Assembly: GCF_006345805.1 (NCBI RefSeq)
Contig: NC_043002.1
Coordinates: 1,426,001 to 1,490,000 of the forward strand
DNA length: 64,000 bases
DNA from: Octopus sinensis
Taxonomy: Eukaryota
Direction of reading: 5' to 3'
This document shows, one piece after another, positions 41,401 to 55,400 of this stretch. The notes under the pieces are model-generated. The model made no database searches and was not told where the DNA came from. It saw only the letters and a program-made list of their open reading frames with translations. The stretch's first letter is position 1. Each line of letters begins with the position of its first letter. Position numbers and translations under genes: made by a program.

Positions 41401-42674
41401 AAGATATAATTCGGAGTAGTTGAAAATATTTAGTGAAGTCAGAGGTAAAGCAAAATTTGTCAAGAGTCCCGAATCACAAACTATTTTCTAAAGACTGCCG
41501 AACACATGTGATGAGATGGAAATATTTGCCTTAGTCATGCATGACTTTTATTGCATTGGCTGAGTGTTACAGGGTAGACATTTATCGTGAGACGTGTGAA
41601 AGGTTGAAGGGAAATTTCACTTAAATATCAGTTCATTGGACAGCCCTATGAAGGCAGGTGGAATCTGAAGGTTAGAAAGAGATGAAGTTAATCCAAATGC
41701 AATGTAAACAAACCTCTTCCCCTATTCATTATTATTTCATGCACAATGTGTATGTAACACATTCTTTAATCATGCTACATTTTACAATTTCCACGATCGA
41801 CCCAAAACTTATAACTATCTCTAAATCTTTCAGGCTTCCTCGTCGTATCTACAAATTTTTAGTTATTTCAGCACAATTTGTTTCATTTTCTAGAGTGACG
41901 CATTGAAATAAGATGAAACTTTAGTAAAACAATTTTTGAATATTTATTAATCTTAGAGCAGGTAACTGGAAGATGGTTTGATAAAGTAATTTTATGGGTA
42001 AATAGAAAAGACGCAACGTCGCCATGTTAGAGTGAAACGAAACCTTAACACAGAGGTTAGCACTCGAAACGTTATAAATTTGTCAGTTGCGACTCTCTTT
42101 AGATTGATAAGTTTGCATATATCTCTCTTTTAATCTAAGTTATAGAAAGTAATCAATATATATCATAAAATCAATTTATCATCATTATTCAAAATAATCT
42201 ATTTTATAGATCTTTATTATTTTGAGATTAAATTGGAAAATGTTTAAGCTATTTAAATCTAACAATTGAAATTAAATTAACAATTTTCTCAATTCTCCAA
42301 CCTAATGCAAACAGATTTTCACTTGGTAGTGTTTTTAAATTAAGTAAAAATAGGAAAAGAAGGAAAATAAAACGAAATTAGATGTTAAATCAAATATTTT
42401 ATTGCGATTTGCCATGTAAGTTGCAAGAAACTAAATGAAAATAGAAAAACCAGTGAAACTCATATATTAATGTGGTTACTGAATGAAATTTAATAAAACA
42501 CATCTGCTTTTTAAATCATTGATTTTCATATTCATATGTTGACAATAAAGATAACACTGTTGAACAAGGGGTAAATACCAGGCGAGATGAGGTTGGGCTT
42601 ACGTTTCCATTATCTATTTTGGCCGGTTCATTTCTTCCTTGAGCAAAATGCAAAGCTTATACCATTTATATCAG

Positions 42675-42825
42675 AGGAGGGGGTAGTCGATAACATGGAC
42701 CCTAGTATTCACATGGTACTTATTTTATCGACGCCAGCAAAAATTAAAAGCAAAGTCGACGGACTTTGAACTCAGAACGTAAAGACGGAAGAAATGCCGT
42801 GGTGACGATTCTGCTAATTCGCCGC
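42675..42825 (-). mobile_element. Degenerate SINE, same family as 20945-21340
   Basis: GGTACTTATTTTATCGAC..AAAGCAAAGTCGAC..TTTGAACTCAGAACGTAA..ACGATTCTGCTAATTCGCCGC matches the 21 kb copies. Confidence 0.8.
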
Positions 42826-44609
42826 TTTAATAACAGCTGTAAAATATTAATCTAAAATAATCTACTCACTAATCAACTCAGTAATTGAACATTAAAGTTG
42901 GATAAGCTTACCAACGTCGCATACGTAAATCATTCGCTCTGCTTCAAAGCTTTTCTCTATTTTCACAGGAATAGTAACTCATTTTTGGTTGTTTTCCTGT
43001 TTGATTGTGTTTGAAGTCATATTTATGTCAAGTGGTGTTAATTTGTAACATTATCCAAGTTCAGCATAGTAAATACAATTTCACAATGAAGTTAGAGTAT
43101 AACTTACTGTAGTGAAAAATTAATATCAGTGCATTTGAATTCTGATGTTTTTGAGAAATTAGGAAATTGACAATTAAAAGCACCTCGAAGCTGGCATTTT
43201 TCTATCTTTCGTGGCCTCCATCTTTCGAGTAGCAAGTTGTCCCCTTCTCTCAATCCGTGGCGATGGCGTCTTCGATTGTGGTTACCATCAATTCACTGAG
43301 CCAGACCTATCGGCCATGATAGCAGTCTCCAACAGAGCATGCGCACATGTGCAGTCTTCATTACTCTTTCGCTCTTCTTATCATCCTTTCATTAAAATTT
43401 CCGATTTTGCTACTCCTTTGTTTTTACTTCCCTCCTTCCAAAGAGACAGAAACATGATCGATTGATTTCCATAGATTTGCTGGTCTCAATCACATTTAGA
43501 CTTTTGCTTTCAAATATTCTCGCTCAACATTCCTCTCTTGAGACTTCATTTTAAAGAACATACCCATAACCAACCCGAAATCACTGTGCATTTTTCACCC
43601 ATAACTTTAGCAGCAAATCTCTTTCATATTACTTCATTACATGTAATCTTAGCAAAAGAAATACGCCCTTTAAGTAATCGTTTCGTGAATATCTTCATCA
43701 CACTCTCTCGGTCTGCGCTCAGACCAAATACGGAACTACACTTTTGAGTTGTAGCCACTCGGTTGTCAACATTAAAATCTCGAAACATCACAATATCCAC
43801 ATTTCTCTAAAGACTAACTGCATTGACATATCTCTACGCTACCGACCGAATCACACAGAACCCTTCATAAACGATTACCTTTTTTCTTAAAACAATTTTT
43901 AAATATATTCTTCAAATTCAATATTCATCTCACCCTTTCATTAAGGCTGCTGATCCACAACAATACTTTCCCCTCCCCTTACCAGTAATATTTCACGTCA
44001 ACGTTCACTTAAGCACTCACCTCTACTCAACTTTATCTCCGTCTCTCGGCGGCCTCTGCTTAGACATGTAAAATAAACTTCTTTCTTTCCAGACAAACCC
44101 TAGCACACGTATACAATCGGTTTCTCGAATACTTTCGCCACTGTACACAGCTTCGAGTTTTAAATGCTTTATTTTTTTTGTTTCCATCCATTACCAACAT
44201 CACTTCCGTTTGCTTATCCTGCTTATCTTCATCCGCATCTGCATTCTGACCTCATATAATCTCAATACCATCTCAAAACGGCGCCACATGAAAGACGGTT
44301 GCTCTGCAGACGAGAGATTCTTCTTCAAACGTCAGATTTCGTTTCTTTGCACGGAACATGAAGTTATCGAAATCCACGAACTTCCCAGCATAGCTATCTA
44401 TGCTGAGATATCTCTGTACATACGTGTACACGTACAACTGTATGCACGCGCACGCATACACACGCGCGCGCACACACACATATTTATATATATTATGCAT
44501 ACTCCTATATATATGTATATATGTGTTTGATTATTTCAAAATGCAAATTGACACGTGATATATATCTTGAATATTTCTTATCTTATATGTATGACTTTGC
44601 ATTTATGTA

Positions 44610-45859
44610 TTGGGTCATCCCATAAATAATGCGTAGGGGACGGGATAAACTACCTGCATTAGCTTACTATAAAAGCAGGTAGTAACTTTTACCTTGACCT
44701 TATTCTTAGTGCAAGTTTTCAAGAGTGCAATTCGATTTTAACAGTTATTTTTTCAAAGCTATAATGGAAGTGACAAAGGAACATATTCGGCGTATTTTGT
44801 TTTATGACTTCAGTAAAAGTAACAACGCAAAGGTAAGTGCGGAGAATATTAATGCAGTATTTGAATATCGGACAATAAGCGTGAGCCAGTGTCAAAAGTG
44901 CTTGAAGAATTTCCGAGCCAGAAACTATAGCCTAGAAGACAATCCGGTTCCTGGAAGAACTGTAGAGCTCGACGAGGACGTTCCCTTTGAAACCTGATGG
45001 AATATAATCCCATCGTAACTACTGAGGAACTTGTAGAGAAGCTTGGATTCGGTCATTGAACCATTCACCGACACCTACGTGTCATTGGAAAAGTCATCAA
45101 ATTGGGTCAGTGGGTTCCTTACAAACTTTCCGAGTCTAATCATGCACCGAGAGTGAATGTGTGCTTTTCTTTGCTGTCATGTCTCATGAATGAAACTTGC
45201 TTTTGATCAAATAGTGATTGGTGACGAGTAATGAATTGTCTATAAAAATATCAAGCGCCGAAGACTGTGGGTAGAGAAAGGAGAAACACCGGCACCCCAG
45301 GCTAAAGAAGATGTTCACCCATGTAAGGTGGTGTTATCTGTTTGGTGTGATATGAAAGGGTTAGTCCACTTTGAACTTTTAAACCCAAACCAAACAATAA
45401 AAGAGAGATTTACAGCGAGCAGCTTGAGCGGCTTAAGTCAGCGCTAGAAGAAAAACGACCACCTTTGGTTTCAAGACGAAAGCATCAGGATAATGCTTGC
45501 CCAGATACAGCAAGGATGACATTCCAAAGGCTGGAACAGTTTGAATGGGAAACGATACCCAACCCACCATATTCACTGGGCATGGCTCCATCAGATTATC
45601 ATTTATTGCGCAGTCTTCAAAATCATTTGGACGGAAAAAATATGAATTCTGTAGATGAGATCAGAACAATACCGGAGGAGAATTTTTCGTCACAGACAAG
45701 TGAATTTTGAAGAGGGGTTTTGCAAGTCTACCAGATAGATGGTAGAACATTGGAGAAAATGAAGGAGAGTATATTTTAGATTAAAAAAGAACTTTGTTCA
45801 TCTTAATTTTGAAAAATGGAAGAAGTATAAAAACCCGCATTATTTGTAGAATGACCCAA
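44610..45859 (+). mobile_element. Full-length mariner (DD34D) transposon, inactivated; 1250 bp with TIRs and TA TSD
   Basis: TIRs TTGGGTCATCCCATAAATAATGCG and CGCATTATTTGTAGAATGACCCAA, with TA at 44608-44609 and 45860-45861. ATG at 44764 (MEVTKEHIRRILFYDF); QDNACPDTARM..PPYSLGMAPSDYHL (34-residue spacing); multiple stops and frameshifts. Confidence 0.95.
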
Positions 45860-48372
45860 TATTATGTTAAAACCGAGAAACGTAAATATGGATTTGCAAT
45901 CTTGAGGAAGATCTGTGTTAATTTATATTTTGACTTAGTGTTCTCCTTGCAAGCAACAAGTATTCATAGCTCTCTTTATTTCGGATTAAATTTTTTGTGA
46001 TTATTTCTCTAGCGTTCAAGATGACGTCATCAAATAATTCCCTGCCTTCATGATAGAAAACGACTGAAATTCATACGTTTTTTTATCGTTTGTTGTTCTG
46101 CATGTCGTAAACATGAGAAACAGCGAAAACAACCGTCATCTGCCAACACTATGTACAAGAGTATGTTGTCAGTGTCTGTGATGAAATATGTAATGAAATG
46201 CTTTGGTGACCTCAAATAGGAGACCGAGTTATATTCACCGGTGGGGATTTGCTTAAACATTATAATTCAGCACTGCAGTGAGATAAAGGGCGCCATTACA
46301 TTTATCATTGCTTGTTAATCACTAAATCAGTACATAGAGAATAAAAGGAAGACCTGCACTTTCTTCTTCTTCTTAGTTTTGCCTCGGGGAAAATAGCGAC
46401 ATATTGGAAGTCTTATAAAACACACAATTTTACTCCGAAATAAATATAAGGAATCGCGTAAGAAGTAAGTCGGAGCCACCTTAATAACTTAATAATTAAT
46501 CCTGATCTTAGAAATAATATTTAACGCCAGCTAATAAATAGAATTCAAATAACTTACAGGTCTTTGCTGTATCACCTTGACTACGCTTAAATTCGATCAC
46601 TATGCAAAATTCAGTTGTCGATAGAATCTAAAAAGGCCTTTAGAATTATCCAGGGAAATTTTCTTTAAGATCTATTGAAACTTGTCACTTTCATGTGCCT
46701 AACATCGACATCTAAAGCTGTAATGCTATTTGTTTTATTTTATGACGCATATGTTGATGTGAGTTGGTGAACTAATTACAACTCTTTACATTTCCAATTT
46801 GAACTTCGTTCATATTTAATGAAATTGCATTCTTTAGAGTGAAGAGAATTTATTGAGGAATATTTCTTATAAAGAAATATTAATTTCTTAATGTTTTACC
46901 GCTTATGTAGAATATAAAATTCATATGATAGCAGCATGGATATTATTCTCTGAAGTCTGCTATATTGAATATATAATCTAATAACTATTAATTTGTATAT
47001 TATGCTGTTTATTACTCCGTGAAATCTAACCAAACGGAACATTTTTCGACATTGACATTCCAAAGTCACAACGTAAGTCTACGTTGTAGTTGCTGCTGCT
47101 GTTTAACCGGTAACCGTCCTTGGTCAGGATATGGTCAAATGCATCCTAACCTAATTTCACTGATATGTTTTCGGCATAATACCTCTTGGAACACATTGTT
47201 CATTGATTCTTTCTCTCTCATAAGGCGACCACCCCATGTCACATGTCACACGCAATGTTTATACCGAAAGGTTTTGCAGATTACCGCAAGAGTAATGTTT
47301 TGCAGATAATATTACGTTAAATACTGAACTGAGATCTATGAATTGACAGAAAGTTTCCTGTCTCACTGCTCAAACTTGCATTTGATCCAATTTGCAGTAC
47401 ATCAAGGGCCGGTTATATTTCAGGCTCTTTATCGCTTTTACTTATTTTCCTCTGCTACCAACCATGAATTTCCCTTAACCTTTCACACGTAATTATAATT
47501 CACAGACAGGATAAACTGATGTACATTTCCCTTCAAAAGAGAAACTCTAAGGAATCCTTAAACGGTGAAAAAACAAACATAGGGACAATATAAAATAATT
47601 ACAATAAGATAAAATTGTGCTACAAGTAAATTATTTACAAAGTTCACTTATGATTTTAATTAGAGCAACACTCAGAAGCATGCAGTCATAATAGCAATAT
47701 GCAAACAAAGTATAATAGACTCCATTTAAAAGAAAATAATTTTCAGGTCGATTCTTGTTATATTTTATTAAATTTAGCTAAATCTAAAGTTGAGCATTGA
47801 AAAGAAAACATATCGCCTACCAATGGAACCAACAGAAATAAAGATATTAATATATGTTTGGTATATATGTTGACTGGGGAATTTCACCTGAAGACGAGTA
47901 TATCGCTCGGAGCAGCACCGTCTCAGTAACAACACGTATAAAAAAATGTGACGCATAAAGGCACGTTTGAAAAGTATATTGCTACAGAATATAAGATCTG
48001 ATAGGATATGCCGAGTGAAGATAATCGTTATATCAATCTTTTCTTGCATGACAAAAACATAATGATGGATTAACGCACTGCGACACACACACACACAAAC
48101 TAAACAAACTACCAGAAACCACAAACCTGGTTTTATATCACTTTTCCTTTTCCTAGGTGAGTTGCCCTCACCATTGCTAAAGAGCCCCATCTAACCGTAA
48201 ATAAATATATATGAACAAAAAAATGCAAATTTAGGAGATTTAACAATATAAATGACATGTATAAAAACAATATATACATAAGTGCACACATTTTTCTTGT
48301 ATGACCTTTGACTCCAATATCGGGACCAACCTCAAATATGAAGGCACACTGGCAAAACGCTGCTCTTCTAAA

Positions 48373-48448
<76 letters not shown>

Positions 48449-48540
48449 GTGTACGTGTGCGTGTGTGTGTGCTGTAGAAAGATTCCGACCATCTCCAAGT
48501 GACTAAAAGTTGACTGACACATAGCTATAACATATAGAAC

Positions 48541-49315
48541 TGTGAGCAATTGGGGAAAGCAGTTCATTGTGAGTCGTTGGTAGAGAGCGTTTAACCTCGT
48601 GTAACCGTAATAGCAATGAGTCGTATATATGCTTCTTACTCCTACTTTGTTAAATTATTTATCCACTATCAGAATATAAAAGTGGTGACAATTTGTAGGA
48701 ACCTTGCGTTGGACATTTAGAATGTGTTATTTTTTTTAATACGAAACCAAAGAGAAAATCGTTTTAACATGGAAGACCTATTGGCCTCCGTGATGCAATT
48801 TCAACAACAACATCTGCTGCAACAGCAACGAAAATAAGACCAAAAGTTGGCGGAGTTAATGTTAAAAAGAATCTGAAAATACTTCAGGTTCTACTCGCCT
48901 GACAGCGTAGCAAACTCAATTGAAGGGCTGAGGTATAATCCAAAAGAAAGGATTACCTTCTCTGCATATTTTCGAAGATACGAAGATATCTTCAAAGAAG
49001 AATTAAAAAATTGGTCTGACGAGAAAAAGGCAGGACTACTTTTAAGAAAGTTATCCCAGGTCGAACACGAAAAATATAGTAACTATATTCTGCCGAAGAA
49101 ACGAAGTAAAATTTGTTTCATGAAACAAGTTTTTATCGAAAATTTTCAGTGAAGAAGTTCCTTGTTCAGTCCTCGCTGACAGTATTTAAATTCGGCCAAA
49201 AAAGATGATGACGATTTCGTTTCCTATGTCGGAGTTGTTAAAATTTCAAATTAAATGAATTAACCCTGGACATGTGCAAATGTCTAATATTTGTTCAAGG
49301 GCTAATTGCAAGCAA
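48541..49315 (+). mobile_element. Ty3/Gypsy (Mag-like) 5' fragment: putative short LTR, PBS-like site and gag pseudogene
   Basis: ATG at 48769: MEDLLASVMQFQQQ..YSPDSVANSIEGLRYNPKERITFSAYFRRYEDIF..WSDEKKAGLLLRKLSQVEHEKYSNYILPKK..KCLIFVQGL. PBS-like AGTGGTGAC at 48681-48689. LTR start is uncertain. Confidence 0.75.
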
Positions 49316-49746
49316 ACAGTAAAAGGTTGTCATTATAGTACTCGGAGTTTTGAATGTCGGAACGAAGAGGTACGATGAGTTCTCATCGGGCCATTAATAG
49401 CAATATGAAAAGCCGTTGAATAAAACGGAAGTTACTCTTTCTAGAAAAAATAACAAAAAAAGAAAAGAGATAAAAATACACGCAACCATATTCTCAATAT
49501 ATATAGACATAAATCTTCTGCGTTCACAACGTCTATATACTTAAAAATTCACACAAACAGGTATACGTACATGCACATACACACATACCAAGATATATGT
49601 GCGTGTACGTACTCATAGCTACACACACACACACACATATATATATGTATATGTGTACGCAACATCATCCTCATATACACATAGGTGTTTAGATGCATAC
49701 ACGTGACAGAAAACATATATTTAGGCATTTATATATATAAATATAC

Positions 49747-49815
<69 letters not shown>

Positions 49816-50139
49816 TATATAGACACTCCTGCATACACGCATATACATATATATACACACGCATACACATATACATATAAAAAATATACAGACATATATT
49901 CACACACGTACACATTCATAGAATTAAAAATGAAAAATGAAATATATATATATATAAAAAGGCATATGGGAGGCTTGTGCAGGAACATAGTAAAAATATG
50001 GATACTAGCCGTGATTCTGGGGGGTCCCAAACTGTAACACGTATTTTGTCACATTTGGACATGATCCAAAAATTTCAGCTCTTGAGTTTAGACTTGTGGC
50101 GGGGGTCCAAGAAACATTTCCAGATGAGCCGTCTTTGGT

Positions 50140-50799
50140 GAAAATGGTGAAACCGTATGTGACATCACCAATCAATGTGCGCCACTAGCCCAGAAACAAT
50201 ATAAGAGACGTCATCACCATGTAGCAAGAATTATCCGTTGCACACTTTGCAACAAGTGTCGATTTGACTGAGCAAAAAAGTGAGACGAACATAAACCCGA
50301 AGGCATCATCGAAAATGATAATGCAAAGATTGTGTGATTTTATGATTCATTGCGACCATCAGGTAGAGAATAGGACGCCAGGCATAGTCTTAATTGAGAA
50401 AGAAAGCAAACTATGCTGGATCATAGATATAGCATGTCCAGCTGACAACAAAGTATGCAATAAGGAAGAAAAAACAGTCAATAGATATAACAGGTTAGCT
50501 TGGGAGGTTAAACAGTTGTGGTCGATTAAAAAGTTGGTAGTAGTACCAATAACTGTCAGAGTTTTGGGGACAGTAAGTAAAAATCTTGAGAAGTACATGG
50601 GACAAATAAGGGCTACAATACGGGTGGAGCACTTGCAGAAAACAGCAATGCTTGGAATTGCTCGAACACTCCGGATGATGCTCGAAAAATAAGGGCTGTT
50701 ACCTTAGTTCACTGGTAGTGAAAATCTGGCACCGTAGTACATAACCAACGATAGAAGCTGTGCAAAGACAATAAATAATAACAACAACAACAACAATGC

Positions 50800-50848
<49 letters not shown>

Positions 50849-50863
50849 TAATAATATAATAAA

Positions 50864-50910
<47 letters not shown>

Positions 50911-50927
50911 TATAATAATAATAATAA

Positions 50928-50995
<68 letters not shown>

Positions 50996-51005
50996 CAACA
51001 ATAAC
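50140..51005 (+). mobile_element. R4/Dong-like LINE 3' fragment 1 (zinc knuckle + RLE) with long (AAT)n tail
   Basis: QCAPLAQKQYKRRHHHVARII; CDFMIHCDHQVENRTPGIVLIEKESKLCWIIDIACPAD..LQKTAMLGIARTLR; (AAT)n at ~50770-51005. Confidence 0.88.
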
Positions 51006-53812
51006 TATACTTGATATTGATGCCACCCTAGAAACTATCAACCAAAAGGTATATGCTAAAGCTGCCCGCATAGCGAGGTATGAAAAGCGTGTTAGATTCT
51101 TCAAGGACAACATGTTAAAAAATAACCCCAAAAATTTTTACAGGAAGATAGGGAAAACACCAGTTACTGTAAAGTCTGTACCATCAAAAGAAGAAGTTCA
51201 GGGTTTTTGGAATAAAATTTGGGCAGAAGAAAAAACACACAACGAAAAGGCCCCTTGGATTGATAGAATAGCTATGGACTTGTACTCCTTAGAGGAGGAA
51301 AAGTAGAAGGGTGTCAAGGTAGAAGATTAAGATCTGCCCTCAGGAGGTCAAGCAAATGGAAGTCCCCAGGAAAGGATAAAATCCCTAACTTTTGGTTGAA
51401 TGCCTTCCCAGAGAGCCATGAACTGCTAACAGAACTTTACAATGATGTTTTGCAACACCATAGTAGGATGCCTTCTCAGCTAGTTAATGGTTTAACATTC
51501 CTGCTTCCAATAAGTGAAGAAACAAATGAACCAAAAAACTATAGACCCATAACCTGCTTAACAACTATGTATAAAACGTTAACATCTGTCCTGACTGAAC
51601 ATACCTATAATTTTTTAATAGACAGCAGCATATTCCCTAATGAACAGAAAGGATGTAAACGCGGATCCTATGGTTGTAAAGATCAGCTACTCATCAATAG
51701 GATGATCTTAGAAGATTGTCACAAACGATACAAAAACTTATCAATAGCCTAGATAGAGTATAAAAAGGCTTTTGATAGCCTACCACATAGCTGGATTAAG
51801 AAATGCCTGGAAATGTATAAAATAGTGCCTACTCTGCGAAACTTTTTGTCTGTCAGTATGAGATCATGGAGAACCACACTAACTTAGAACAGTGACGATG
51901 AATCTCTAAATGCTGATGTAAAAATTTCATGTAGCATTTTCCAGGGTGACTCACTATCACCACTCCTCTTTTGTTTAGCCTTAATACCTCTCTCAAAATT
52001 GCTCAATGACGCACAGTACGGATATAAAATGTTTGATAAAAATATAAATCATCTCATTTACATGGATGATTTAAAGCTTTTTGCAAAAAATGACCAACAA
52101 CTCAAAGGTTTACTAACGATTGTTAAACAATTCAGTGATGACATCAGAATGCAATTTGGCTTCGATAAATGTGCAAAAGCTACCTTTATCAAAGGAAAAA
52201 TGATAGAAACATCTAACGTTTACTTCGACCAGCAGAATATCATAAAAGAGTTAGACCCAGCGGAGAGCTACAAGTACCTAGGGGTAATTGAAGGGGACGG
52301 AATAAGGCATTCAGTGATGAAGGAAAGGATCAGGAGAGAATGTTATCGCAGAGTAAGAGCAATACTCAAGACAGAGCTGAATGCGAGAAACAGGATTGAA
52401 GCGATCAATGCATTAGCCATACCAGTCGTGACTTACAGTTTCAATATCGTTAACTGGTCAATGATTGGAATATGTCAGCTCGACAGAAAAGTAAGAAAAC
52501 TGTTGACAATGCATAGAATGCACCGCCCTAAGGAAGATACAGAACGACTTTATCTGCCAAGAAAAGAGGGAGGCCGTGGACTTTTACAACTGGCAATAAC
52601 AATGAAGATTGCTACAATTGGCCTAGACACCTACCTGAAAAAGTCTGATGACTGGATGTTAAAACTTGTCTCAAAACATGAAAACAAGAAAGCATCATAC
52701 TCAGTAACAAAATAGGCAAAGGAATATCTAAGTGAATTCTGAATACAACAAATTGCGGAATTAGACATACAAGAAACAAGCACAGAAAAAGCTAAGCGCA
52801 TGAAAACCCGTGCTAAATCTGCGGCCTTAGATATTCTGAATGATATATGGCAAGAAAAATATCTCAATGGCAAATACCCAGAGACAGCGAATAATGCCGA
52901 TGTTGACAAAGCCCTGACCCATCAATGGCTAATGGCCTCTGGCTTAAAATCTGAAACAGAAGGGTTTATCATAGGAGCTCAAGATCCATGCCTACCTACA
53001 AGGAACTACCGGGCCAACATATTAAAGAACGACAGTAGCCCAACATGTCGTGTATGTCAACAACAAAATGAAACCATTGATCATGTTGTCTCCAGGTGCA
53101 GTCTTCTTGCGCCTACAGTGTATCTCAACAGGCATAATAGAGCTGCACAATATATTCACTGGGTAATTTTCAAAGGCCTGGACTTGCCCCATGATAAAAA
53201 CTGGTGGGAATAAAAACCACCTCCAGTGCTTGAAAATGACCACATCTCACTCCTCTGGAACTTATCATTCAAACTGACAGAAAGATAGAGTCGAATAGGC
53301 CAGACATCATATTGAAAGACTTCAGACAAAGAACATGCCTCCTCATTGATATGACTGTCCCAGTCGATATAAACGTATCTGTCAAGACCTACCAGAAACT
53401 GAGCAAATATAAAGATCTGGAAAGAGAAATCAACAAAATGTGGAACCTAAAGACTAAAACAGTACGTGTTGTCATAGGTGCCCTGGGGATGATAGCAAAA
53501 GGGGCTGATTGCTACCTAACAAGGGGCTGATTGCTACCTAACAAAAATGGCAGAAATTCAAAAGATAGTGTTCATGGGAATTGCTCATATCCTACGCAAA
53601 ATACTTTCTATATAATCTCAAGTTTTAAGACAAATATAATTTTCGTATGGTTTTTTAGGCATTCACTAGTACAACACTAAATACAAAACCAAATATATGG
53701 CACCCTAGGCATAACATCAACACGAACTTCCAACCCCTGGGTGAGACTTAGAGCCAGCTTGTGCAAATGTAAAGCAAAAGTCAAACATGGAATAATAATA
53801 ATAATAATAACA
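51006..53812 (+). mobile_element. R4/Dong-like LINE fragment 2: 5'-truncated RT + CCHC + RLE, with (AAT)n tail
   Basis: WKSPGKDKIPNFWL, NYRPITCL, QKGCKRGSYGCKDQLL, YKKAFDSLPHSW, FQGDSLSPLLF, HLIYMDDLKLF, YKYLG, LKSETEGFI, CRVCQQQNETIDHVVSRC..RHN, NRPDII..LLIDMTVP..KLSKYKDL. Several stops; AATAATAAT tail at ~53792-53812. Confidence 0.95.
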
Positions 53813-53814
53813 AT

Positions 53815-54570
53815 AAGGAAGCTGAGAAATATAAAAGGAAATCATAATACCTAACAACTATGAAGAAAAAGAAGAAACAACAAAAGCTATAAAACAACTG
53901 AAATCCAAACTAAAACTGTAACAGCAAAGGATCGTGATAAAGCGATGACGAGAAAAGCCCCTACTTTGCATATATTGGATTAAGCTATACGGAAAGGAAC
54001 TAGACAAACCAAAATCCCAATAATGGTTGAGAAGCTCAGGACTCAAAGCAGAGACTGAAGGATTTTTAATTGCAGCACAAGACCAAAGCCTGTCCACCAG
54101 GAATTACCAAAAACATATGAAAAGAAATGTAACAAGTAACTGCAGATGGATAAGAAACAATAAACAATATTGTCTCTGGATGCCCAGTCCTGGTTAAGAA
54201 GGAATACATTTACAGACACGACAGAGTTGGGACCTACATACACTGGAAGCTATGCCAACATTATGGAATAACAACAGAAAAAAGATGGTGTAGGCACAAC
54301 ACGCCAGAAAAGGTCACAGAAAATGAGAAGGCAACCAACGATGGGATATGCCAATACCCACAGATAGAGAAATTAAGGCCAACAGACCAGATATTGTTGT
54401 CAGAGATCATCAAGAAAAAATGCTTTCTAATCGATGTATGAATACCAGCAGATGACAACGTTTCTCTAAAAGAAATGGAGAACCTATCAAAATACAAAGA
54501 CCTGGAAATACAGGTAACTCGAATGTGGAATCTAAAAACAGAAACAATTCCTATCATAGTAGACGCGTGA
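53815..54570 (+). mobile_element. R4/Dong-like LINE 3' fragment 3
   Basis: WLRSSGLKAETEGFLIAAQDQSL, YIYRHDRVGTYIHWKLC, TDREIKANRPDIVV, SKYKDLEIQVTRMWNLKTETIPII. Confidence 0.88.
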
Positions 54571-54599
54571 TAAGTGGTACAGGCGCCATCCAGAGGATG

Positions 54600-54985
54600 T
54601 AGTAATGGGCGAGGGCGTCACCATCCTTTGGAACTTCCCAAAACAAACACAGAAAATTGATTCCAATCAACCAGACATTGTGATCAAGGACTACAACAGA
54701 GGAACTTGTCTGTTAATTGATATGTTTGTGCAACAAGATCCAGATGTCTCAAGAAAGGAATGCGAAAAGTTTTCTCACCATAAATATCTGCAAACTGAAA
54801 TCACAAAAATGTGGAAGCTTAGTACTCTTTAATACCAGTAGTAATTGGTGCTTTGGGAATGATAAAGAAGGGAGCTGAAAAGTATTTTAAGCAACTCCCT
54901 GGTAACTCCAACCTCCGTGAACTACAAAGATAACCTTGATGGGTATACCCCATATACTACGGAATACACCCTCCATCTAAATTGG
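54600..54985 (+). mobile_element. R4/Dong-like LINE 3' fragment 4 (RLE)
   Basis: VTILWNFPKQTQKIDSNQPDIVIKDYNRGTCLLIDM..EITKMWKL..PVVIGALGMIKKG..LRELQ. Confidence 0.85.
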
Positions 54986-55104
54986 AATAAATGTGGCGAT
55001 AATTTTAGCATGCATAACAAAACAAAAGTGTTCTTGCTACTCTTGGCCTCCGGAGGATGCCCGGTACTAAGGCAGCTGGAATAAAGTTATAATGAAAGGA
55101 AACC

Positions 55105-55400
55105 ATAAATAATAATGATAATGCCCTGATGCAGTAACAGGCAGTGGATCTCGTGGCTTCTGAACTTAGCTTATTGGAACTGTTATCATGTATATGTTTT
55201 GTCTTGGTATAAAAGATGGGCGATAGCAAATTTCTGCTCAATACCACAGATTTCCTTGTCAGTTGTTTGACCGTAACCAGCTGACAGTGGCTGACAATAT
55301 GTGCATCTCTGATCACGCGCAGAAGTAGTTGAGTCATGTGTAGCGAGGAATTCTTTGGAGTTTAGATAATTCACCTTTGGAAACATGGGCTCAGTTTGCC
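55105..55400 (-). mobile_element. SINE-like interspersed repeat 3' part with (ATT)n tail
   Basis: Recognised from memory as a common octopus repeat; no second copy in the window. Ends in ATAATAATGATAAT on plus. Confidence 0.35.

Noticed and set aside
42017-42093. GAGTG..CACTC-GAAACGTTA hairpin resembling the 3' half of a hammerhead
   Set aside because: The CUGANGA core is absent upstream (CATGTTA) and stem I cannot be formed cleanly.
43200-44300. Purine-rich minus strand with HVRMLCW, a possible ancient RTE
   Set aside because: No catalytic motif recoverable.
44303-44337. CAGACGA-GAGA..TCTTC-AAACGTC hammerhead-like string
   Set aside because: Needs three or more core changes; compatible with chance.
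47889-47925. CTGAAGA-CGAGT..GCTCG followed by GAGC
   Set aside because: No GAAA, inverted stem II closing pair, no stem I.
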